NCBI GenBank assembly: GCA_038239145.1
Contig: JBBSFB010000002.1
Span: 4,456 to 68,455, forward strand
Source: Acidimicrobiia bacterium
Lineage (GTDB): Bacteria; Actinomycetota; Acidimicrobiia; IMCC26256; PALSA-610
Length of the DNA stretch: 64,000 bases
Direction of reading: 5' to 3'
Shown here: positions 26,693 to 35,406 of the stretch, one piece after another
Numbering within the stretch: position 1 is the first letter of the stretch
How the letters are laid out: each line of letters starts with the position of its first letter
The notes under the pieces: generated by a model
What the model was told of the DNA's origin: nothing
Database searches by the model: none
Seen by the model: only the letters and a program-made list of their open reading frames with translations
Program-made: the position numbers and the translations under genes

Positions 26693-27613
26693 GTGGGTCT
26701 GTACGACGGCAAGGTCGCGATCGTCACCGGCGCAGGGCGCGGCATCGGCCGCAGCCATGCGTTGCTCCTCGCGTCGGAAGGCGCAGCAGTCGTCGTGAAC
26801 GACCTCGGCGGTTCGAGTGGCGGCGAAGGCGCCGACGCGACCCCCGCGCAGCAGGTGGTCGACGAAATCGAAGCCAAGGGCGGCCGGGCGATCGCCAACT
26901 ACGACAGCGTCTCGTCGTGGAGCGGAGCCGAGGCGATGATCCAACAGGCCGTCGACACGTACGGCGCCCTCGACGTGCTCATCAACAACGCCGGGATCCT
27001 GCGCGACAAGATGAGCTTCAACATGGACGAGTCCGAGTGGGACCAGGTCATCGACGTCCACCTCAAGGGCCACTTCGCGACGTCACGGTTCGCCGCGTCG
27101 TACTGGCGCCTGAAGTCGAAGGAGACCGGCGCGCCGGTCAACGGCAAGATCGTGAACACCGCGTCGGAGTCGGGGCTCTACGGCAACGCGGGCCAGGCGA
27201 ACTACGCGGCGGCCAAGGCCGGTATCGCGTCGATGACGATCGTGATGGCACGTGAGCTCGAGCGCATCGGGGTACGCGTGAATGCGATCTGCCCGGTTGC
27301 GCGCACACGCCTCACCGAAACGGTCGCCGGCGACTTCATGAACGCCAAGGAAGGCGAGTTCGACCGATTCGCACCGGAGAACATCTCTGCGGTCGTGTGC
27401 TGGCTCGCTTCGGATCTCTCCGTTGGCGTGACCGGTCAGGTCGTGAAGGTGATGGGTGGTCAGGTGCAGCTCGTACGGGGTTGGCGTCCGATCACCGAGG
27501 CGACCGACGACAAGCCGTGGACGATCGAGTCCATCAACGACGTCGCGTCGACCCTGTTCGCCAAATCGGACAAGGGTGCCCCGCCGTTCATGCCGAACGT
27601 GGGCGACAACTAA
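26693..27613 (+). CDS. SDR oxidoreductase (3-hydroxyacyl-CoA dehydrogenase/MFE-2-like)
   Basis: TGAGRGIG, VVVNDLGG, NNAGILRD, YAAAK. Confidence 0.92.
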   Translation: MGLYDGKVAIVTGAGRGIGRSHALLLASEGAAVVVNDLGGSSGGEGADATPAQQVVDEIEAKGGRAIANYDSVSSWSGAEAMIQQAVDTYGALDVLINNAGILRDKMSFNMDESEWDQVIDVHLKGHFATSRFAASYWRLKSKETGAPVNGKIVNTASESGLYGNAGQANYAAAKAGIASMTIVMARELERIGVRVNAICPVARTRLTETVAGDFMNAKEGEFDRFAPENISAVVCWLASDLSVGVTGQVVKVMGGQVQLVRGWRPITEATDDKPWTIESINDVASTLFAKSDKGAPPFMPNVGDN

Positions 27614-27639
27614 ACCGGGCGGTCGTAGGCTCGGTGCCG

Positions 27640-28947
27640 ATGAGCATCGAGACTCCCGACACCGAATCGCCGACAACTGCGGTCCCGACGACTGATCTGG
27701 GCGTCGACGACATTCACCTCGGCGACATCGAGCAGTGGATGCGACCCGATCGCGAAGGGATCTTCGCCAAGCTCCGCGCCGAACGACCCGTGTCGTTCCA
27801 CGCGGAGCCGGTGCCGCCGCCCGAGATCGGCATCCCGCAGGGTCCGGGCTTCTGGGCGCTCACGCGTTACGCCGACGTCGTGCAGGTGTCGCGCGACCCG
27901 GAGACATTCCATTCCGCCCCGACGTCGACCGTCGGCGACATGCCCGAAGGCATCGCGGAGTGGCTCGGATCGATGATCAACATGGACGCGCCCAAGCACA
28001 CGAAGATGCGACTCATCGTCAACCGCGGGTTCACGCCCCGCCAGGTCGCGCGCATCGATGACTCCGTGCGCGAGCAGGCGAAGGACATTGTCGATCGCAT
28101 CGCGCCGCTCGGCGAGTGCGACTTCGTCAGCGAGATCGCGGCGGCGCTTCCCCTCCAGATCATCTGCGACATGATGGGCATCCCGCGCGAGGACACGCAG
28201 CAGATCTTCGAGCACACGAACGTGATCCTCGGCGTCGGCGACCCCGAGTACGTGCAGACGATGGAACAGCTCATGGCCGCGGGCATGGGCCTTTTTCAAT
28301 ACGGGCTCGCACTCGCCCAGGACCGGCTGGACAATCCACGCGACGACATCACCACCGCGCTCATGCAGGCCGAGGTCGAAGACGAGGACGGGAAGCACCG
28401 GCTCACCACCGGCGAGCTCGGGTCGTTCTTCCTACTCCTCGTCGTGGCCGGCAACGAGACGACGCGCAATGCGATCAGTCACGGCATGCGCGCGTTGACC
28501 CAGCATCCGGACCAACGCAAGATCTGGACCTCCGACTTCGAGACGGTGTCCCCGACCGCGGTCGAGGAGATCGTGCGGTGGGCCACACCCGTCATCAACT
28601 TCCGGCGCACCGCGAGCCGCGATGTCGTGGTGGGAGACGTCGAGGTCGAGGCCGGCCAGAAGGTCGTGATGTTCTACAACTCCGCGAACCGCGACGAGCG
28701 CGCCTTCGACGACCCGTTCCGTTTCGACGTGCAGCGGACACCCAACGAGCACTTCGGTTTCGGGGCGGGCGGTCCGCACTTCTGCCTGGGCGCGAACCTC
28801 GCCCGCCGGGAGATCCGGGTGATGTTCGAAGAGGTGCTCCGGCGCCTCCCCGACATCGAGGTGACCGGTGAACCCGACATGCTGCAGAGCAACTTCATCC
28901 ACGGCATCAAGCGCATGCCCTGCGCCTGGCACACCGTCAACGACTGA
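27640..28947 (+). CDS. Cytochrome P450 (CYP124/CYP125-like)
   Basis: AGNETT I-helix, EEIVR, FGAGGPHFCLG heme motif. Confidence 0.92.
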   Translation: MSIETPDTESPTTAVPTTDLGVDDIHLGDIEQWMRPDREGIFAKLRAERPVSFHAEPVPPPEIGIPQGPGFWALTRYADVVQVSRDPETFHSAPTSTVGDMPEGIAEWLGSMINMDAPKHTKMRLIVNRGFTPRQVARIDDSVREQAKDIVDRIAPLGECDFVSEIAAALPLQIICDMMGIPREDTQQIFEHTNVILGVGDPEYVQTMEQLMAAGMGLFQYGLALAQDRLDNPRDDITTALMQAEVEDEDGKHRLTTGELGSFFLLLVVAGNETTRNAISHGMRALTQHPDQRKIWTSDFETVSPTAVEEIVRWATPVINFRRTASRDVVVGDVEVEAGQKVVMFYNSANRDERAFDDPFRFDVQRTPNEHFGFGAGGPHFCLGANLARREIRVMFEEVLRRLPDIEVTGEPDMLQSNFIHGIKRMPCAWHTVND

Positions 28948-28967
28948 GCGCCGTCGCTGCAGCACGT

Positions 28968-29011
28968 CCAGAAAATCGGTGGTGCCGCCGGTGGTACCAC
29001 TCCGATTCTGG
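28968..29011. repeat. Degenerate member of the REP-like palindrome family (copy D); possible terminator
   Basis: CCAGAAAATCG-GTGGTGCCGCC/GGTGGTACCAC-TCCGATTCTGG hairpin just after the P450 stop. Confidence 0.55.
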
Positions 29012-29222
29012 GGATGTCCCGCGTTGTCCTACGGGAGCCGATCGATGCGCTCCCACCAACCGTCGAGCACGGGAGTCAGATGCGGGCGAAGTCACGCTCG
29101 GCATCGAGACCGGCCGCGCCACCAACAACAACGGCATCACCTCGGCCGGAGTGATCACGGACGGAATTATCGTCGAGGGCCACCCGGGCCCGGACAGTCC
29201 TTGCGGCCGACGCGCTACCTTT

Positions 29223-29240
29223 CCTGACGCGTACGTCAGG
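29223..29240. promoter_or_regulatory. Palindromic operator CCTGACG-N4-CGTCAGG (site 2)
   Basis: Perfect 7-bp arms, just after a TACCTT -10 box, upstream of the ACAD pair. Confidence 0.8.
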
Positions 29241-29279
29241 TACGACTGGCGTCAGGTTCCGTAGTCGGAGGGAGTCCAG

Positions 29280-30455
29280 GTGCAGCTTGCGTGGAGCGCC
29301 GAAGACGAGGAGTTTCGCGCCGAGCTGATCGCCTTCCTCGACAACAACACGCCCGAGGAGATGATCGGCGGCTACGACTTCCAAGACGTCGGTGACGAAG
29401 CGGAGCTCGTACCGCAGTGGATGCGCGACTGGCAGGCCACCCTGTTCGACCACGGCTGGATGATCCCGGGCTACCCGCCCGCGCTCGGCGGCCGGAACTG
29501 CACACCCGTGCAGACCCTCATCTATCTGGAGACGCTCGCCAGCCGTCGCCTCCTGCGCAGCTCACACTTCCCCGGCTACGCGATCGTCGCACCGAGCCTG
29601 CTCGAGTACGGCAACGACGAGCAGAGGAAGCTCGTACCCGCCGCGATCCGGGGCGACACCATCTGGTGCATCGGGATGAGCGAGCCGAACGCGGGCTCCG
29701 ACCTCGCGGGCCTGCAGACCCGGGCCGAGGTCCACGACGACCACTTCGTCGTTAACGGGCAGAAGGTCTGGACCAGCTACGCGATGATCGCCCAGAAATG
29801 CTTCTGTTATGTGCGGACGGATCCGACGCTGCCGAAGCACAAGGGCATCTCGCTGCTCATCATCGACATCGACTCCCCCGGCATCGACATCCGCCCGCTG
29901 CGCCACATCAACGGCACCGCCGGTTTCGCCGAGGTCTTCTTCACCGACGTGATCGTGCCGCGCGAGAACCTCGTCGGAGGCTTGAACGGTGGCTGGGCGA
30001 TCACGCAAGGATCGCTCGCGCACGAGCGCGCCGGACTCTGGGTCGAAGGCGTCGCGCGTTTCGAACAGACCATCGACGGGCTGGTCGCCCTGGCGCGCCA
30101 ACAGGGACAGGCGGGCGACCCGATCATCCGGCGCAAGATCGCGGCCGCCTACGAGCTCGCGGCATCGCTGCGCGCGCTCGGCTACAAGGGATTCGCGTCG
30201 TTCGCACAAGGATCGAGCGCACCCGAGCACAGCTACATGAAGATGGCGATGTCGGAAGCGAGCAAGGCCGCGTTCGAGTTGGGCATGGAGATATCGGGGC
30301 CGCTCGCACCCGTCACCGACCCTGAACTCGGTGAGACGACGAACCGCTTCGTACACGGGTTCTTCATGTCGTTCGCGAACACGATCGCGGGCGGCAGCTC
30401 CGAGATCCAGCGCAACATCATCGCCCAGCGCGTGCTGGGCCTTCCGAGGCACTGA
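29280..30455 (+). CDS. Acyl-CoA dehydrogenase (large partner of a likely heteromeric pair)
   Basis: MSEPNAGSDL, NGQKVWTS, FAEVFFTDV, IAGGSSEIQRNII. Confidence 0.92.
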   Translation: MQLAWSAEDEEFRAELIAFLDNNTPEEMIGGYDFQDVGDEAELVPQWMRDWQATLFDHGWMIPGYPPALGGRNCTPVQTLIYLETLASRRLLRSSHFPGYAIVAPSLLEYGNDEQRKLVPAAIRGDTIWCIGMSEPNAGSDLAGLQTRAEVHDDHFVVNGQKVWTSYAMIAQKCFCYVRTDPTLPKHKGISLLIIDIDSPGIDIRPLRHINGTAGFAEVFFTDVIVPRENLVGGLNGGWAITQGSLAHERAGLWVEGVARFEQTIDGLVALARQQGQAGDPIIRRKIAAAYELAASLRALGYKGFASFAQGSSAPEHSYMKMAMSEASKAAFELGMEISGPLAPVTDPELGETTNRFVHGFFMSFANTIAGGSSEIQRNIIAQRVLGLPRH

Positions 30456-30466
30456 GGATCAGGTCC

Positions 30467-31399
30467 GTGGACTTCTCGCTCACCCCCGATCAGGAACTGT
30501 TGCGCGACACCGGGCACAAGCTGCTCGACCGCGAATGCCCGGCCGCGCTCGTGCGCGCGCACATCGAAGACCCGTCGGTGTACGAGCCGCTGTGGCGTCA
30601 CCTCTGCGAGTACACCGCGCTCGGTGCCGGCGATGCGACCGACCTGTGCCTGTTTCTCGAAGAGACCGGCTACGTCGCCGCGCCCGGCCCGTTCCTCGCA
30701 ACCGCCACCTACCTTGCGCTCACCGGCGACGAAACCAACACCGGCACCGTGTGCCTCGTCGACGATCCGATCCTGCCGTTCGTCCTCGAAGCCGATCGCG
30801 TCGACCGGATCGCAGTGGTATTCCCCGGGGCTCGGATCGCGGTGGTCGACGCGACCGACCTTCCCGCGCGCTTCGTCTCGACCGTTGACTTCTCTCGGCG
30901 ACTGTTCACCCTCGACGTGCCGGAACTCGCGACCGAACCGCTCGACGCGGAGTTGTACGCGCGCTGGCGCGACCGCGCCTTCGCGAGCGTCGCGGCGGAG
31001 ATGGTCGGCACCGCCCGTCGCATCTTCGACATGTCGTTGGAATACGCCAAGGAGCGCAAACAGTTCGACGTTCCCATCGGTTCGTTCCAGGCCATCCAAC
31101 ACAAGCTTGCCGACATGTCGCTCGCGCTCGAGCGCGCGACGGCGGCGGTGCACTACGCCGCGATGACCATCGACGGCGGCGACCCCGAGCGCGGCCGCGC
31201 TTGTCACGTCGCCAAGGCGGCCGCGGGCGAAGCGGCGCGCCGGATCCTGAAGGACGGAATCCAGATCCACGGCGGCATCGGCTACACGTGGGAACACGAT
31301 CTCCACATGTACCTTCGTCGCTCCACCGCCGACGAGTCGCTCTTCGGAACCACCGGCTGGCACCTCGATCGGCTCGCCGACCTCCTCATCGACGCCTGA
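30467..31399 (+). CDS. Acyl-CoA dehydrogenase (short partner)
   Basis: RKQFDVPIGSFQAIQH, QIHGGIGYTWEHD. Short N-terminus typical of alpha2beta2 ACAD partners. Confidence 0.9.
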   Translation: MDFSLTPDQELLRDTGHKLLDRECPAALVRAHIEDPSVYEPLWRHLCEYTALGAGDATDLCLFLEETGYVAAPGPFLATATYLALTGDETNTGTVCLVDDPILPFVLEADRVDRIAVVFPGARIAVVDATDLPARFVSTVDFSRRLFTLDVPELATEPLDAELYARWRDRAFASVAAEMVGTARRIFDMSLEYAKERKQFDVPIGSFQAIQHKLADMSLALERATAAVHYAAMTIDGGDPERGRACHVAKAAAGEAARRILKDGIQIHGGIGYTWEHDLHMYLRRSTADESLFGTTGWHLDRLADLLIDA

Positions 31400-31461
31400 C
31401 GCCGACGAGCGCGCATGGTCGGGCTCGTTGGTCGGGTCCGGGGGCAAGGTCTAGACTTTCC

Positions 31462-31477
31462 CTGACGTCTGCGTCAG
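31462..31477. promoter_or_regulatory. Palindromic operator CTGACG-N4-CGTCAG (site 3)
   Basis: Perfect; 4 nt after a TAGACT -10 box (31452-31457), upstream of hydantoinase B. Confidence 0.8.
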
Positions 31478-31496
31478 TTTCGCGAGGGGGAAGCAC

Positions 31497-33344
31497 ATGA
31501 CCAATGTCGACCTGGTTCGTCTCGCGGGGAGCCGGGGCCGGATCTCGGATTCGCCCACCGTCGACCTGGTGACCGCGGAGGTCATCCGGGGCGGCATGGA
31601 GACGGTCTGCTTCGAGATGGCGGAGTACGTCTCCCGCACCGCCACGACTCCGATCCTCAACCAGTCGAACGAGCGCAACGCGACCGTGCTCGACGCCCGG
31701 GGGCGGCTCGCAGCGCTGTCCGTCGGCATCCCGCAGTTCATGCTCACCTCCACCCTGCCCGTGCGCTTTGCGCTCGAGTTCCTGGGCGTCGAGGAGTTCC
31801 GCGAAGGCGACGTCTTCGTCGCCAACGACCCGTACCACGGCGGTGGTCACCTTCCCGACTACAACGTGTTCGCGCCCGTGTACGCGAACGATCCTGCCGC
31901 GCCGGGCGGGCGGCGCATGGTGCTGATCGCGAGCATCCAGTGCCACCACGGCGACACCGGCGGCGGTGTCCCGGGCGGTTACAACATCACCGCGACCGAC
32001 ATCTGGGGCGAAGGCGTCCGCTGGCCGGTCGTGAAGGTGCTCGACCGCGGCATCGAACGCCGCGACGTGCTGTACGCGCTGCAGGCGAACAACCGCATCC
32101 CGAGCTACATCGGCGACCTGCGCGCACAGATCGGTTCCGCGCAGCTGGGCGCGCAACGGTTGGGCGACCTGATCGACCGCTACGGCGTCAGCGCGATCGA
32201 AGACTCCGTCGACTACATGATCGACTACGCGGCCCGCCGCTTCCGCGAAGAGGTCGCGCAGTGGCCCGACGGCGAGTACGAGGCCGACTCCTATGTCGAC
32301 CACGACCCGCTCGGTAATCCCGACATCCACCTGCACGTGAAGGTGAGCGTGGCCGGCGACGAGCTGACCATCGACTTCACCGGCACCGACACCCGGCCCG
32401 AGCTGCAGTCGTGGTCGACGTTCGGCAACACCCGCGGGTACACCGTCGGCCAAATCGCGGCCATGATGGATCCCGAGATCCCCAAGAACGAAGGCTTCTT
32501 CGAGCAGATCAAGCTCGTGGTGCCGAAGGGCTGCCTCCTCAACCCGGAAGCGGGCAAGCCCGTCTCCGCCGGCACGCACCACCCGGGCGCTGACGTGGGC
32601 GAGGTCATCGCCAAGGCGATGCAGTACGTGCTCCCCGACCGGGCCGTGCCCCAGACCTACAAGACCGGCATCCCGACGATCATCGTCGGCGTCGATCCCC
32701 ACACGGGCGCGAGCTTCACCGACCACTCGGCCGAGGTGTACTCGGGCTGGTGCAACGCGTCGAAGGGCATGGACGCCTGGGGCGCGCTCAACGCGAGCTT
32801 CGGCAACCTCTGGAAGGCGACGGCCGAGATCAACGAGTCGCTGTATCCGCACGTGCAGTGGAGCCGCGACTACCGCACCGACGGCGGCGGGCCCGGGCAG
32901 TGGCGAGGCATCTGTGGCTCGCACTACGAGAAGGAAGTACGCGTCGACGCCAAGGTGTACACGTACGTGGTCGGGATGAAGTATCCGATGCCCGGTATCT
33001 GCGGAGGGCGCGATGGCTCCCCGAACGAGATGATCCTGCGTTACGGCAGCGACGACGAGTTCAAGGTGAAGCACACCGCGGAATGGGTGCCGATCCACGC
33101 GGGCGAACGGATCATGTTCGACTACGGAGGCGGCGGCGGTTGGGGTGATCCTCTCGAACGCGATCCCGAAGCGGTACTCGACGACGTGATCGACGAGTAC
33201 GTGTCCGTCCTGGGTGCGAGTCGCGACTACGGAGTCGTGCTCGACGGTTCGCTCGAAGACCTCACCCTCGAGATCGACCACGTCGGCACGCGTGCACTGC
33301 GCGAGCGGATGCGGGCCGAGCGGACGCCGGCCGAGCGCGCTTGA
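31497..33344 (+). CDS. Hydantoinase B / oxoprolinase family subunit
   Basis: NDPYHGGGHLPD, HHGDTGG, DFTGT, GGGGWGDPLERDP. Confidence 0.9.
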   Translation: MTNVDLVRLAGSRGRISDSPTVDLVTAEVIRGGMETVCFEMAEYVSRTATTPILNQSNERNATVLDARGRLAALSVGIPQFMLTSTLPVRFALEFLGVEEFREGDVFVANDPYHGGGHLPDYNVFAPVYANDPAAPGGRRMVLIASIQCHHGDTGGGVPGGYNITATDIWGEGVRWPVVKVLDRGIERRDVLYALQANNRIPSYIGDLRAQIGSAQLGAQRLGDLIDRYGVSAIEDSVDYMIDYAARRFREEVAQWPDGEYEADSYVDHDPLGNPDIHLHVKVSVAGDELTIDFTGTDTRPELQSWSTFGNTRGYTVGQIAAMMDPEIPKNEGFFEQIKLVVPKGCLLNPEAGKPVSAGTHHPGADVGEVIAKAMQYVLPDRAVPQTYKTGIPTIIVGVDPHTGASFTDHSAEVYSGWCNASKGMDAWGALNASFGNLWKATAEINESLYPHVQWSRDYRTDGGGPGQWRGICGSHYEKEVRVDAKVYTYVVGMKYPMPGICGGRDGSPNEMILRYGSDDEFKVKHTAEWVPIHAGERIMFDYGGGGGWGDPLERDPEAVLDDVIDEYVSVLGASRDYGVVLDGSLEDLTLEIDHVGTRALRERMRAERTPAERA

Positions 33345-33345
33345 C

Positions 33346-35406
33346 ATGGGCTTCCGAGTAGGAGTGGACGTCGGCGGCACGTTCACCGACCTCATCTGTG
33401 TGACGCCCGCGGGCGAGATCGTGCTCGACAAGACCCCGACCACCCTCGATGACCAGTCGTCGGGCGTGATGAACGGGCTCGGCCAACTCGCCCAGCGATT
33501 CGGAATCGAGCTCGACGCGTTCTGCAAGGACCTCGACATCCTCGTGCACGGCACCACCACTGCCGACAACACGATGATCGAGATGAACGGCGCGCCCACC
33601 GGCCTGCTCGTGACCGAGGGTCACCGCGACGAAATCGAGCTCCGGCGGTGCCATAAAGAGGAGATCTGGGACCCGAACTATCCGGGCCCGATCCCGATCG
33701 CGCGTCGGCGCGCCCGCATCCCGATTCCGGAACGCATGGACTTCGAAGGCAATGTGCTCCTCGACCTCGACGAAGAAGCCGTTCGCCGGGGCGTGCAACG
33801 GTTAAAGAAGCTCGGCGTGCGTTCGATCGCCGTCATGTATCTCTTCTCGTTCGTCAACCCGGTGCACGAACGGCGTACGCGCGAGATCGTGTTGGAAGAG
33901 TTTCCCGACGTCGAGCACATCTCGCTGTCGCACGAGGTCATGCCGCGCGGTCCGGAGTTCGAACGCGTCTCGACCACCTTGGTGAACGCGTACGTCGCGC
34001 CCCGCATCGCGAACTACACCCAGAACCTGCAGGACAAGCTGCGCCGGGCCGGATACCTCGGGCCGCTGCTCATCATGCAGTCGACCGGCGGGGTCATGCC
34101 CCCCGAGTACGTGTCGCGCCGCGCGGTCACGTTGCTCGCGAGCGGACCGACCGGCGGAGTCATGGGCGCAACGGTCGCCGCGCAGGCCGCCGGCATCGGC
34201 GACTTCGTCGCGGTCGACATGGGTGGCACCAGCTTCGACATCTGTCTCGTGCGCCACGGGCGACCCGAGATCAAGACCGACTGGAACTGGCGGTACCGCT
34301 ACTACATCGGACTCCCGATGGTCGACGTTCAGAGCGTGGGCGCGGGCGGCGGTTCTATCGCTCGCGTCCGCCAAGGTGCGCTGCTCGTCGGTCCCGAGTC
34401 GGCCGGTTCGACTCCGGGCCCGGCCTGTTACGGACGCGGCGGAACCCGCCCAAGCGTCACCGACGCCGACGCCGTGCTCGGATACCTGCCCGTCGACGGG
34501 TTCGCGGGCGGTCGCATGCACCTCGACATCGCCGCGGCCCGGGCCGCGATCACTCACCACGTCGCGGAACCGCTCGGGATCGAGCTCACCGAGGCCGCCT
34601 GGGGCATCGAGCGCATCGTGAACGCGAATATGGCGAACGCCACCCGCAAGGTGCTCGCCGGTCACGGGGCTGATCCGCGCGACCTTGCGCTGATCGCGTT
34701 CGGCGGCAACGGCGCCGTGCACGCGGCCGCAATCGCGCGCGAGCTCGGCGTCGATCGCATCGTCGTACCGAAAGCCGCGCCCGCGTTCAGCGCGCTCGGC
34801 GTGTTGGTGGCCGACTACGTCGTCGATCTCGTGCGCTCGTATGTCACGCCCCTGTCACAGGTCGACCTCCGTCGCGTCCGCGATCTTCTCACCGACCTCA
34901 TACAGGAGGTCGACAAGGAGCTCGACCCGACGGGCGTTGTTCCCGCCGACGTCGAAACGAACCTGTACGCGCAGATGTGTTACCCGGGCCAGAACTTCGA
35001 CATGAGCGTTCCCGTGCCCGAAGGTGTGGCGCTCGACGAGCCGGGACTGCTCGACCTCGCCGAACGCTTCCACGACCTGCACGAGACCGAGCGCGGCTTC
35101 AGCTTCCGTTCTCAGCAACCGCTGATGCGGGGCGTGCGCGTCATCGCGCGCGGCAACACGCTCAAACCCGATCATCTCGCGGAGACAGGTGCGCTCGCCG
35201 ACGCCGACGAGGCCCGGCGCGGTATTCGCCACGCGTACTGGGGTGACGGCTTCGTCGACACGCCCGTGTACGACGGCAGCCGCCTCGGAGAAGGCGCGAG
35301 TGTCGAAGGCCCCGCGCTCATCGAAGAGCCGTTCACAGTGGTGGCTCTCCCGCCGGGCGCGGCCGCCACCCTCGACGGCCTCGGCAACTACATCATCTCC
35401 GTGTGA
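33346..35406 (+). CDS. Hydantoinase A / oxoprolinase family ATP-binding subunit
   Basis: GVDVGGTFTD, HGTT, SGPTGG, DMGGTS, GAGGGS, GPESAG. Confidence 0.92.
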   Translation: MGFRVGVDVGGTFTDLICVTPAGEIVLDKTPTTLDDQSSGVMNGLGQLAQRFGIELDAFCKDLDILVHGTTTADNTMIEMNGAPTGLLVTEGHRDEIELRRCHKEEIWDPNYPGPIPIARRRARIPIPERMDFEGNVLLDLDEEAVRRGVQRLKKLGVRSIAVMYLFSFVNPVHERRTREIVLEEFPDVEHISLSHEVMPRGPEFERVSTTLVNAYVAPRIANYTQNLQDKLRRAGYLGPLLIMQSTGGVMPPEYVSRRAVTLLASGPTGGVMGATVAAQAAGIGDFVAVDMGGTSFDICLVRHGRPEIKTDWNWRYRYYIGLPMVDVQSVGAGGGSIARVRQGALLVGPESAGSTPGPACYGRGGTRPSVTDADAVLGYLPVDGFAGGRMHLDIAAARAAITHHVAEPLGIELTEAAWGIERIVNANMANATRKVLAGHGADPRDLALIAFGGNGAVHAAAIARELGVDRIVVPKAAPAFSALGVLVADYVVDLVRSYVTPLSQVDLRRVRDLLTDLIQEVDKELDPTGVVPADVETNLYAQMCYPGQNFDMSVPVPEGVALDEPGLLDLAERFHDLHETERGFSFRSQQPLMRGVRVIARGNTLKPDHLAETGALADADEARRGIRHAYWGDGFVDTPVYDGSRLGEGASVEGPALIEEPFTVVALPPGAAATLDGLGNYIISV

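Noticed and set aside
26693-31399. Canonical KstR-regulated cholesterol degradation cluster
   Set aside because: No kstD, ksh, hsa or ipd genes in the window, and no KstR/KstR2 boxes noticed. A different operator is present.
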